DNA of 63,160 bases, filler included, from Choristocarpus tenellus KU-1152 (Eukaryota; Protista; Phaeophyceae): the NCBI GenBank assembly GCA_964200185.2. It is 11 parts of 11 records of this genome, joined end to end, with 100 filler letters (N's around TTAATTAATTAA, not from the genome) between each part and the next. Parts side by side here need not be neighbours in the genome. Positions count along the whole stretch, not along the records: positions 48,277 to 56,882 come from CAXNAD020004536.1; positions 56,983 to 63,160 come from CAXNAD020008751.1; 9 more parts are not named here. One strand, written 5' to 3'. Below the pieces are notes generated by a model that was not told the origin of the DNA, did no database searches, and saw only the letters and a program-made list of their open reading frames with translations. Positions 50,832-63,160 of the stretch are shown piece by piece. The position numbers were made by a program, and so were the translations under genes. Position 1 is the stretch's first letter. The number at the start of each line of letters is the position of its first letter.

Positions 50832-52247
50832 GTGAGTTAGATTTCACACCTGGAAATTATGTATGAGAACGAGTGAGATACTCTGCAAAATTTCATCTCT
50901 TGGAAGAAAGTAGAGGGCATGTCAGAAGAATGATTTTATTTTCCCGCATATCCTGGAGGAGATAGTTACTATGCTATGAGGAACATGTTGTTTGTTGGAG
51001 TATTCGTCCCTCCAAATGGATCAAATATGTGGTACTTCTGCTAACATTTCCGGACAGTTCATGGGAACTCCAGCAGACACAGTCATACAGGTGTGAAATG
51101 AGAACAACCTTCCCAGGCTGAACAGATCTCTACAACTCCAGGGTAGTTCTTAAATGTTTTGTCTGCACAGCTTCATTATTTCAACACTGCTCCACCCAGT
51201 AAGTACAGTACCCTCTCCATATTTACTGTGTTTCAGGAGAGATCTACTATTAGCTGGGATTATTGCCTTTTGATTTGGTCCTTGAGATTAAAGCAGGAAT
51301 ACATAGATAACGATATACTGAGGAGTAATGTGCTGCAGGCTATCACAACCCATACTCTGATAACCCTGGCCAGTTGCATGAAGTGCTTACAATTTCAATC
51401 CCAAAACCTTTATACATCCGACTTGCTTTGAAATTGTTTCGTAGTAGTAGATTCCAAATGAAGTCATGATTCCCATGGGGTAGAACGAGCGCGCCCTGTG
51501 AATCTTGCACTGGAACAATGCATGGAGAGGACCTTAGCGCCATTTGGGAGAAAGGTCGATCAAGTAGAAGTGCCCATAGATCAGAGGGGCAACGGGGGTG
51601 TTCCTCTCTCATTACATCTCATGATCCCCATGAACCACACGGGGAATGGCATCCTTGTGTCTGTAATATGCTGAGGGGCTGTCAAGCGAACAAAGTTTCA
51701 TTATCCTATTGGAAAATATTTGAGAAATGACCCACCTTCGAGATTTATTGCAGTGGAAAGAGCATACATACATATATACATACTCAGAGCCAGTTCATAT
51801 GAAAAATATACACGGCACATATATTTTCAGCAATTGTGGTTTTAGGGATACCCATTTAAATTATCTGTGTCTGCTACAACCTTTCCTTTGAGTTCCATGG
51901 TGCATACGGAATCTAGTTGTTGGCGATTGACTGGTATGTTGGTGAAGATAGGGATGGAATGCTGCTCTGGAGTATTGCGTACATACGGATGGGTGGCTTA
52001 AGAATGGTCTTGTTGTTCTCTGAGGTAAAGTTTCCAAGTGCCACCTTCCTCCTATAAACAACTTGAGGTGGGCTCATTTGGAGAATCTTAGTGCATTTGG
52101 CCCCCTCTTGGTACCATCTTTCAGGAACGCACGAAGTACCACAGAAGGTCTCCTGTACTGAAAATATATGAAGGAATCTAATCCAAACTTGCTCTTCCCT
52201 CACCCCTCTAGCCATCAAATTTCCTCAATTGCGTCTTGCCCTGAGCA

Positions 52248-55200
52248 GAGTCGATCGGATGTAACTCCACGCATCAGGAGTCTAATTGGTGAGCTGAGGG
52301 CAGGGAGCGATTGCACGAGCAGGGAGGCAAGTATTTCCTGCATCTTGAAGTATGTTGTGTGCGCACATTATCTTTGTCACAAAAATTGCTGAGATTGAAA
52401 AGTATCTAAATTGTACTCGATGAGAACCTGAAGCCAAAACGCGGTGCATACATGTACGCATAACCTTTCCCCACTCCCTCCTTGACACCGCCAAAAAAGG
52501 TCTTCCTTGCTGGCTTGAAAAGGTGCTATCAACATCTAGACCAAGATCCAGTACCGAAAACAGCACTGGAAATGCTGTTTTTCCTGCTAAAATCATTCCC
52601 ATTTCTACGAACCAGTCGGTTCTCCTGGCACACAAATGTCACCCCCCCAACAACGATGTTTCAGACCAGATCTCACTCAGTCTGAGGCTCTCCTTAGACC
52701 TATTAGGGTTGCTCGTCACATAGGGTCAGAGGTGATGCCATCATCCATGAGTCACAGGGAGGCGTTTCCCAAGGCCACATTACTGCTGTTGACATCATGT
52801 CCTGTGTCAGTAGCATTAACAGTGACTTCAACATAGTTCCTGCCACCAATGCCGCCCTCTACCTCATCTTCCTCGAGATTAACTGCACTCGCGATGATAT
52901 TGCTGGTGGTTCCATTACATCGATGTATCTCCCTTTGTCCACTTGTTGCACTTGAGTCCTTCCCACTTGTTTTGCAATACAAATCCATTCACAGATAATA
53001 TATATTCAGGGGACACATGATCCCTTATCAAAACACCCCCAACTCCCTCAGTGCTCTGTGCTGGCGCAGTGTTGACTGACTTTCCACTTCCAGGTCTGGG
53101 TACGGTGTGGGACCATTGGTTCTAGGGTTTGGCCAAGCTGCTGCTGAGGGTCAGTCACTATCAGGTGATGTACCTGGTTCAGAGAGTGGATTGCTTGTCA
53201 AGGAGGGGCGAGGTAGGGTTAGTTACTCTTCATATACCAGTGAGGTACACAAGTCCAACAAGCACAGAAACATGTATGTTTTGCCTAATAATGCGTGAGG
53301 GAAGCATGTGTGAGGAATCACAAAATCCACATTTGACATATGAGTGTGTGAATGAGGTAGAGGCAGATGTGCAGAATATTGTTTTTATTGTTACACGGAA
53401 ATTTCACACTCTTCCCAATTCGGTTAAGAGAAGAATACTTAAAGTTCTTTTATGGGGAGATGAAGAAACCAGAATAATGCAGGAAATCTAGAGTGTGGTG
53501 CCAATAGAACCACCGTGACAAGATTTTATCGGCACTGTTTCTCACATACTGCAAGATAACAAAGTCGAGTGGAATGCGGATGGGAGAGATCTGCGGTTTG
53601 AAGTCTAATTGGCGCGGCTGTGTAGTGACTGCCCTCTCCTCAAAAAACATAGACCTGACTCATGCAGTGGGAAGGAATAATTATTTTGTGCGTTAGAGGG
53701 CTAGGCGAAGGTGAAAGCTTGGAGTTTGCTGTGAGGTTGGAGGCGTGTTCTGTCAGGAATGGTGAGGAAGGCAAAGATGTTCGAGCAGGATACTTGTGGA
53801 ATGAATATTTCAATAATACACAATTTGGAGTAGTATGTTACCCGGATCCCAGTGCAGGGAGACTCTGTGAGGTGTGCCATATTTTATCAACAGTTTTGAT
53901 TTTGTCTTGGGAAGTCTACCCTATTTTGGTATTTCAATAAAATTCTTGGAAATTGTTGTTTTCCATCTCAGATATGGTGTTTAGTGATGTAGTTTGGAAA
54001 ACAAGTCTTATTCCTAGAGCACTATGGGAGGACTGGAAATTCAACACAGGACATGCTGCAAAATAATCTGTTTGTCGCTGTTATATATTGTGATGTGTAC
54101 AGATACTTTGCTCTATGCACATCAAGCAATACAAAATTGGGGCCAGACGTTATACTGTAGACCTTTTATTTACCTTCCACTTCAGCTTTGTTATCTTGCA
54201 ATGTGTGAGAAACGGTTGGATCGAATATTGTGGCAGCGATCCTAATGGTACCACCCTCAAGTTTTTCCTGCTTTATTTTCTACCTCTGTTCATCATGTCC
54301 CTCTTTCACTACTTACCTGTTCACCGAACCAGGAAGAGTATTGACGCACATCTCTTTTTTTAACCCATTCACCTACTCGCATTTCAAATGTTGATGTTGT
54401 GATTCCTCTGTCGTGCTTGTTGGACTGCTGTAGCGGAGCAATATTTGATGAGAAACTAGCCCTCCTCACCCCTCCTTGGCAATGGTCCCCCACTCTCTGA
54501 ACATGGTGACTTGCCCCCAACAGTGTTTTGCAAAGCTTCCAAAACAACACCCCCATTTTGCCCAGACCTGGAAGTGGGGGGCCAGTCAACACTCCGCCAG
54601 CACAGACCGCTGGAGGGAGTAAGGGATTGTGGTATGAGATTATGTATCCTCTGTGTGAATGAATAGATGTGAATTAGAAAGCGGTGGAAATGACTTGAGT
54701 GCATCAAGTGTACAAAGGGAGACACATGACAATAATAGAACTATTTCCACTACCATGAATATCAAAGCTTAACTTCAAGGAAGATGACACATAGAGAGCA
54801 GTCATTGCAGCATTTGTGGCAAGAGCTACAATGAAGTCATTGTTGACTAGTGACACAGGAGGTGTAAACAGCAGTGATGTACCAAGCGGAAGTATCCTGG
54901 AGGGTACGAGTTTGCCCTGTTTGTCCATTTGGGGCTTGGCTTCCCTCGGGTATATTTTGACAGTTTACGTGCTCCGAAAAGTCTTGGAGTGTCCGAAACA
55001 AGGATATTGACATCTCCAAACAAACACGATAGCAAAAATTACATCAAAACTACAACATTGGATTTTGACCCCCAAATGGACGTGGCTATACCCTGCTAGA
55101 TACTTTGTCTCATAGGCTGCTGTGCATCTGGATGTCCCTTTACCCTTCCCAATCGAACTGACCCGTTCAATACTATTTAAATAGGAGCGCTTGTACTATT

Positions 55201-56111
55201 CCTGCAGTTTCGTGACAGTCTCGAATGTGTCGTCGACATTTCATCCTTGGCAGTTTAAGGTGGGCATTGGATAAAGAACAGCTACGGCCAAGCTTGTTCT
55301 GTTCTGTCCCCCACCAAACACCCTACCCTCTATTCCTCTCTGGGTTTGTTTTGCAAAGGTAGGGCAGTTGGAGAAGCTGAATAGGCGGTCCATTGAGGCG
55401 AACAAAAGGCTAGAGAAGTATAATCAACAGGAGAAGAGGATCCAGGGTGAGAGGAACAAGGGCATATATGTACTCTCTATTTATCCATGTTCCCATATAT
55501 CACGCAAACGCTCATATGAACGTGTGTACTTATAGGCAATGTCACATAGGCAAGATAGTGCAGTGCCCTCAACACCTGCGGCATGCCTCAAAGTATGTAT
55601 CATGCACCCTTGGCATGCGTACCCTGCCCTCACTCAGACTACTGTGTTTGCTGTGTTTAGGTGGTGGAGTGAAGCAATCCACTACTACTCTGCCTTGAAG
55701 TTCAGTTGGCTGAGTACTTTGCAATACCCTGCAATTTCTGGCAGGTGATGAATAGAGTTGTATCTGTCCCTCACACAAGGCACCACTGTATGCACTGTTT
55801 GTTGACTTCTTCCCCTTCTCACAGAAGCAGCATTCAAGGGAAAGGTGGCAAGGCTCCGTGCTGAATGTAACAGGGTACGTGACAGGTTGTGTTCGAAGCC
55901 GCAACTTGAAAGCTTTTGGTTGTCTGTGTTTTTCTATTGATACTCCGGAGTATGTACACCAAGAGGGGAGGCTAGATTGTTGTGCTTTGCCGTGTGACGA
56001 GTGACCAAGTCCATGGGTTCGTACTAGCACGAGCTACTTCAACAACACCAATGTTCGCTATGGAAGTATGTACTCCACAGGCAGATTATATCTAAAACTC
56101 AAGAACTTCAG
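52248..56111 (+). CDS. Probable downstream kinesin exons (about 52248-52326, 53094-53211, 55359-55446, 56034-56111); structure incomplete
   Basis: AG-bounded open segments, e.g. coiled-coil-like VGQLEKLNRRSIEANKRLEKYNQQEKRIQ. The joins could not all be resolved. Confidence 0.4.
54884..55111. mobile_element. MITE family A, full copy
   Basis: AAGCGGAAGTATCCTGGAGGGTA / TACCCTGCTAGATACTTTGTCTC. Confidence 0.88.
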
Positions 56112-59100
56112 GTCAGTATTTCGAAGGGCTAGATGCGTAGTATAGTGTACACTAACAGGTTTTCCCTAGCCCTCTCAACACAGAAACGGTGCTTGAGCTG
56201 ATATGTGACCTGGTTGGTGTTGGTGCTTTGAATGAGCATGTTTAAAGCAGAGAGACAGTTGAACACCCTTTTATCGTCCTGTATCTTCCATAAATCCTCG
56301 GGACAGAAAGTTGTACTTCGCACAGATTGTGGATTACATAGTTTGAAGTTCTTCAGAGCATTCACCAATGGACCTGAGGATCTTTGTGCGATGGTGAGAG
56401 TGTGTTGGGTGCAATTGATCATCACACACACATTTTAAGGTCTGACTATTGAGGAAGATCTCGTTGATGTTCCAATCTTGTTACCATTTGAATACCTGAG
56501 AACATTTCGCATCTTTGGAGGGTCTTGGACCATGCCCAGATTGAAGGTGTAGGGGACATGCCCACGCATTTACACCAAAAATAGAACGACCAAAATGTTG
56601 TATCGATCCAGGACGATAAATACATCCCCCCTCCCTCGTACGATATTTTGGTTCCTTATGCAGGGATTTCTCACCTCCGATGGTGTCGCATTCTTCCCCC
56701 CCACCCCCCCCTTTTGGGAATATACACATATAATACTCTATTGTGTACTACAGTGTATAACCAATATTTCCCTGAGGAATATTACTGAGAACCTTAAAGG
56801 AAGAGGTGACCATTTGGCCGTCCAGTTTAACCATTATTTCTGAGGTGGAGGGTGTTGAAACAGAGGTAAATCCCTGAGCTACNNNNNNNNNNNNNNNNNN
56901 NNNNNNNNNNNNNNNNNNNNNNNNNNTTAATTAATTAANNNNNNNNNNNNNNNNNNNNNNNNNNNNNNNNNNNNNNNNNNNNCCAGAAGCCAACCCAGGT
57001 GGAACTAGAAAAAAAAAAAAATCCTATGTGTTAGGGTGAACAAGGAGTAATCTCTCCAGTTTGAAGAGAGGCGGTAGGACCTCCATACTCGCTCTATTCG
57101 CCTATAACAAATCAGCCAGCAGAAACATCGGAGTGGGTCATCGGATTTATGCAGACTCATTATTTCCTGAGTATGCTGCATCTTTGAAGAATGAATCAAT
57201 CTTCGACAAGGCTCTCCTTTGCCATTTTATTATGGAGGTGAAGGAGAGCATTACTGTCAAGAATATGCTTGAACTCTCGTGTGAAAGAAGATTAAGCAAG
57301 AGACTGTTAGTGGAGAGTAGGAAATATGAACGAGTTATAGAGAATAGCGGTAGAATGTTGACAAATGAATACCAATATAGGAATGATTTTATTTTGGAGA
57401 ACAGGAGGATATTCAGTTTGTTAATTGATACATGGAGACTAGTGTGTCGATGGACAACGAACGGACTAGTAATGAACATGGAAGGGGTTGATACTTGGAA
57501 TAGGTTGTTTGAACTAGTAACAATGGAATGGTAACGAGAATTACTGGTAGCAAGGATACCCATCCTTAATGGGTGAATTCATTCCTCCCTATTTTTTCTC
57601 TCCAGTTCACAACGATAGTCAACAACAGTTAAGCGTATAACAAGTCCTGGAAACATCAGCCTCTTATACATTCGTCTGAAAGTTGGGAACATTTGTTCAA
57701 TGATTAAGTGAAAGGCGAGGTTTTGAATGTCATTTTTTTTTGTGGCTTTCAACTGATGTCACTATAGTTGCCGCAGTCGAGTACTGCACTGCTACTACTC
57801 TCATCCTGGTAGTGGGGGACTTCATGGGTGGTGAGTACCACAATAGCCTCTCAATAGTGGTATATTTCCTGGGACACGCACCTCCTTCAGGTGCAGATAT
57901 CAAGCTTTTTTAGATCGGGAAGGTCAGTTTCATGTTGCGCCCTCCTTTCTTTGTAGTCAAGACCTTGAAGTACATAACACGGGAAACATTTCACTGTTGA
58001 TCATTTCCTCGATCCTACCATGTCAACAAGACATATTCCTGTCCGCTAAACACAAACACAAACAAATTGATTCCACCATCCATACCCACTCTATCTAGTT
58101 GTACCATTTGCAGATTCGTCAGATTGGCCCCTCTCCACAACTTCGTTGTTGGGAACAGGCCTTTGTGAGGAGTAGGAACTATCAACCTAGGTGGTGATGA
58201 CTGTGTATTTGATGTGTCGTTAACAATGCTGTTTTTGTCACTCCTATTTTCACTGTTGCTACTACAGGTGGACTTCCACAACTTCATCCCTTTCACCTCT
58301 CAACACTCACAAAATTCAATTTATGGAAAGGGGTTGCTATATGGTGAGGGGGATGGGAGGCACTCACGAGCCAGAATCAAACGAGAGGTTTGCAGGTTTG
58401 GACCCTTCTGCATTCTAAGCCATCTTTCTCGCAGGTTTTACCCTGCGCAATAACATATTTTTTTTATGTGTGCAATAGTGTTGGCAAAATTGATATACCC
58501 CATTTTCACACACAAAGTATCACCATAATTCAGCAAAGAAGGTTCTTCCTGCACTTGTACAAAAAGTCGCCTTTACTGGAATCCTTAAAATTGAACCCTG
58601 TCTCCCTATTGGTTTGACTCTCATCAATCGTCACTCATCAAAATATTTGTAAAAAATTGATACTTGGTTGGATTAGAGTTGTACTTCAATTAGACAATTC
58701 CACTGTACTATGTAGTAGCGTGTTTTCAATTATAATTTTGAATTTTTCACATTAACGGTAACAAAATGTATGATGTATATAAAAAATTTCAATGTAGCGT
58801 AATGGGACCAGTCCATAAACATTATTAGTGTATTATTAAACCAGGTCCTATTACTGTCAGAGAAGTTTAAGAGGGTTGGACTGGATCCATCGAGATTGTA
58901 AATCAGACTGGGTAACTGATTGGGTTGGGTGGTGGATGGGGGTCGAAGAGATTGTATAGTGGACGGGACCATGGACTGGTAGGTGTAATCCAATACCCTT
59001 CGAAAATCTATACCTTAATATCAGGACGGGTTCTATCCCTCGAAAAAGCAAACGATTCCTGTGTATCTTGTTAGTATTACAGACGTTAAGATGTAGGTCA

Positions 59101-59723
59101 TGTATGGATAATTCAAGTCAATCAAGAAATGATCAACCCATTCTTTTCTAATAAGAATAGTAGTGTAGGTGAGTATAGGATTTCTTAAATATATCAGTTG
59201 AATTATGTATATAGGTCTAAATTTGTCATATGATGTATTATTTTTGTTTTCCGCTCACAAAATTACACCACACACTCCATCAAATATAGGAGAAATATAT
59301 TTGAGCCTTATGACTAGTAGAAAAATGTATCGGACTACCTACTACAAAAAAAATTATATGTATCTAGATTTCAAGGGTCAAACAAAACCAAACGTCAAAA
59401 AGAGTCCAACTTCAATTTCACAACTCTCAAGTAACTGATCATTGACAACCCTTCCCAGATATTACTAACTCCTAATATTATAGGCACAATAAAGTAAAGG
59501 GAATATGATGTGATAAACCTGTCAAACAGAGTGTACAGATTGTTTGATCCTTCTTACACAAGAGGATTGCAACCTTATAGATTTCGTCAATCTAGCGAAG
59601 AAAGAAAGGGGTTGATTCAGGTTGCCGTCCACCCTTTGGACAACCGGGATAGACTCCTAAGATTGCTTCGTCTGTTTTTCTCTTCACTTTTCTCATCAAA
59701 TCTCGAGAGGGCCTCGTCTTGAA

Positions 59724-62700
59724 ATGGGAAACAGAGCGTCCAGTGACGAGATAGATAGCGAAAGCCCAGCTAATGACGGTAATGGATCGCGCCTTAGAAG
59801 GCGGGGCCGACATGTTTCATCACGTGGGGGGGATATGGACGCTGCTTCAGGGGATGTCGAAGCACACGCCCCAATGGAGACCAATCCCAGGGACATTCGC
59901 ACAGAGAGTGACATGGTAGATACGGAGCCGAGCCACGACATGTCCTACTGGCAGATGGCAAAGGTAAGAAATAAGGGATGAATAATCCCGTTACCATTCC
60001 TTGGCAGCCGTAGGTGTGAGTTACTCGCCGTTCGAAACTCAGCAAGAAAGAGGTCGCCTCTCGCTGATTCACTCTATCAAGCCCTTCTTCGTTGCCCAAT
60101 CAGAAGCATCTGATTTGATGTATTTCGAGGTCGAGTAGGGTGTGAAACTCGTGCTCGATTGCAGGATTGTCTAGCAAACCTTCTGTTGGCACTATTCTTC
60201 ACGAAACCACTTGTATCCACTACAACAGTTGGGCTACCAGGAGCTGGTCTCTGCCATAATTCGACCTCCCCGTGCAGAATACGACTCGGAAGACCTCGGT
60301 CCGACAACTTTCAAGTTTATGGGAAAAAATTTCAGACGTATCGATTTCGAGCTGCAGAACGAGCGAGGGCTCCTCCTTCAATGCAGGTGTGTATCCGTGC
60401 CTCTCCATGGGGTTGAATAGCTTTGAGAAAATGGTCGGGTGGAAAGAACCAGGTCGACACTGGGCAACGTTTTGTCTAAACTTTGGTTACGCTGTTTATG
60501 GATGACCAGGCAGTAATAGCATATCCCCCTTGCTAAGGCGTGTCCCCTTCCTCTCCTTTCCCTCTCTCTGATCCTGTTATTGTTTTGTCTGAACACGCAG
60601 CTTATGGGAGCCAGACGGTTGGCGACATGCAGAGCAGCTACCTTGCATAGTCTACATGCACGGGAACTCCTCAGCGCGTGTTGAGGCTCTCCCGCAGCTC
60701 TCCTTGGCCCTAGGCCTGGGGGTCACTCTGGTTGCGTTTGACTTTGCAGGTAGTGGGCTGAGTGAGGGGGATCATGTGAGCCTGGGTTTTTATGAGCGAG
60801 ATGATCTCAAGGCGGTGATTGATTACCTGCGGATGTCAGGGAAGATTGGGGCGATCGCGCTGTGGGGGAGGAGCATGGGGGCAGCTACTGCTCTATTGCA
60901 TGGTGATCGCGACCCGTCCATAGCTGCCCTTGTCCTTGATAGTGCATTCACGGATCTCGCACAGCTAGCAGAGGAGATGGTCGAGAAGGGAAGAGAAGCG
61001 GTATGTGGGAAAGCGACAGGGGGTTCCTAAAAGGGAAGGCCTGCGGAGATGTGGACTGGTTTGGGGATGGGGATGTAAGGAGTGGGAGGGTGCTGAGGAA
61101 CTCTATCTATTTGCTGTATGTGTTGCCTTGTATTTTTTTTCTGGGGGTAAACTAGTTGATGCTATTTGCTTGCTATCCATAGGACTTGGTATTAATGGGA
61201 AGAGATGTGTAGGGGTTACTTACCTCTCTTTCATTTTGATCTTTCTTTTTGAAGGCATGTCTGGGAACTAATCAGTTGAGTTGGACACTCTTTGCAACCC
61301 AAGGTATTGACTCCCCACCTGTATTTTTTTCCGAGTTGATCATGGAAAACAGTGTTACAGTTCTCTCGGAATGAACTGAAATATTGTCCCTCGCTTCGAA
61401 CCTCACAGTCTCAACGTAAACAATCTCATACCCGCTCTTCTCATTATACGTCCACGTTGACTGCAACTGGTGCCCTCAGGGGCTTGTGGTCCCCGGCTTT
61501 GTGGTGAAGTTGGTCTTGCGCATGATCCGTGGCACTGTGAGCAAGACAGCAGGATTCAACATCAAGGACCTCTGTCCCATTGCCCATGCAGACCGCACCT
61601 ATATCCCGGCACTGTTTGTAGCTGGCAAGGATGACGACTTTATCCGCCCACACCACAGTCAACAGATCCACGATGCTTACGCAGGCGACAAGAATTCCAT
61701 CGTGGTAGAAGGGGACCACAACAGCCCCCGCCCTCGCTTCCTCTATGACTCTGTGTACATCTTTCTTCAGAACTACCTCATGGTACCAACAGAGTGGGGT
61801 CTTGAGGGCGGCAATGCCCGAATTGGAGAGCCCCCCTGGTCTTCGGACCTACCACCCTCACTAGGAGAAGGAGGATTTGGAGATTTCTTGGGGTGGGATG
61901 AGGTTGAACCCATGGCACTGGGGGGGGCTGGACATGGAGAATTGGGAATGACTCAGAGTCGACAAGCAGAATTCCAGGAAGCCCTTTTCCAGATGCTCTC
62001 ACAAGTGGGTGATACTGTTTCATTTGACTCGGTCTTGGAAGCATGAGGTAGTTGAAGGTTGATAATGTTAGTTGGATGGGTTGCACAGTTCTGTGAGCAT
62101 GGAAGGCTTATTTTTTTACATGTGCTGCATTTCTGTGCTTGTGATTTTTCTTGAAAACAAAACAGGCCTTTTGTTTTATCGTTGTTTCTGTTGGCATGGG
62201 GAAGGGAAAAAGAGGAATAGAGAAAGGGACGGTGCTTCATTTTCACCTTGGTTCTTATGGTGTGTGATGTGGTGCAGTAGTTGATTGATCTGGACCAGTT
62301 ATTGCCGGAGTTGTTACAAGTCTTTCGCTGATTCAACCCCACTCAAATTACAAATGATGGGATCTTTTTTCCTTCCTAGAAGTAGGAGACTCAGGAACAC
62401 CTCTACCCTCCTCTCCCTCCCCCCCTCCCTGCAAGTATTCTCCTCCCTTGTTGTGTCACGATCAAAATCACCTGAACACCCCCTTTCTGACACTGCCCCA
62501 GGAGTACCCTGGTGGAGGTCAATTAGGCAATACCTCGCCTACCCATGACGTTAGACCCAAGCGGAAAAAGAGTGTGCTTAGCCTGGAAGGTTCACTCAGT
62601 CAAGTGGCAGGTGTGTTAGAAAGGTCTGATAGTGTAGTGTCATTGGCAGAGGCTGGGGTGAAGGGAGCAGCCAAGTGCACGGGAAAGGAGAAGAGTGAGG

Positions 62701-63160
62701 GGATGGGGGGGTTGGAGGAGGGGGAATTGCAGGAGTATATCACCCCACTTCGAGTTGTTCGACCACCTATGCCAGTTTTAGCCCCATGCTCTCAGAGTGA
62801 CACCTCATCAAGTGCAGAGCCAGGGTTTGACTCTGTGTGGTGTCAGGGGTCGACTGCAGCAGAAATGCATGCAGGACTGGGGGTAGGAACAGGGACTGGA
62901 GCTGGGAATGAAGCTGGCTCAGGTATTGGGATTGGCAGAGGGCGAGGGGCAGGTGTTGGGAGCGATGCTTCTCCCCCACGGCCTGCGCATAGACCACCAA
63001 TAGGACAAATGGAAAGTGAGATTGCTGACTACAGAGGTGTGGAGTTGTTGCTGGAGAATTTGAGAACCAATGAAAAGGCAGGATTGGAAAGGACACGGGA
63101 GGCGTACGCAGGATCTGAGTCTGAAGCCGGGGTGGGGTGGAGCATGGGAGCAAAAGCAGG
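59724..63160 (+). CDS. Alpha/beta hydrolase (YqkD/ABHD-like) with MGNxxS N-terminus; exons 59724-59963, 60229-60386, 60601-61000, 61480-62004, 62502->63160
   Basis: IIRPPRAEY, PCIVYMHGNSSAR, FDFAGSGLSEGDHVSLGFYE, nucleophile WGRSMGA, acid GKDDDFI, base EGDHNSPRP. All introns are GT-AG and in phase; the last exon is open to the window end. Confidence 0.93.

Noticed and set aside
57061-57563. Overlapping 157-aa and 138-aa ORFs
   Set aside because: No recognisable motif or convincing splice signals; probably decayed TE sequence.
58712-59061. hAT-like MITE with GGACTGG motifs
   Set aside because: Termini are poorly complementary, no 8-bp TSD, single copy in the window.

Overview
This is eukaryotic, intron-rich, transposon-dense genomic DNA, not prokaryotic. 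A stramenopile, probably a brown-algal-type genome, is inferred from the gene and TE content. The window is 11 contig pieces joined by 10 artificial 100-bp linkers (N44-TTAATTAATTAA-N44). Most ORFs in the supplied track are spurious, so real genes were rebuilt from GT-AG exons. Genes: 3' end of TFIIS (-), a jacalin-lectin + PUB-domain protein (+), a small S/T/P-rich single-pass membrane protein (-), 3' end of proteasome lid subunit RPN6 (+), a tandem BRK-like repeat protein (+), a kinesin (+), an N-myristoylation-motif alpha/beta hydrolase (+), and two unidentified exon sets. Mobile DNA: decayed Copia, Ty3/gypsy and DIRS/Ngaro-type fragments, two plant-type mariner copies, a 12-copy MITE family, a Tc1-like MITE, and about 12 5'-truncated copies of an RLE/CRE-type LINE ending in a stem-loop plus (TAA)n tail. 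The most unexpected item is a 216-bp stop-free fragment of a bacterial IS1634-family transposase, flanked by a CCGC direct repeat, just upstream of an internal kinesin exon. No CRISPR, rRNA or tRNA could be supported. All family assignments come from motif recognition by eye; no searches were run.
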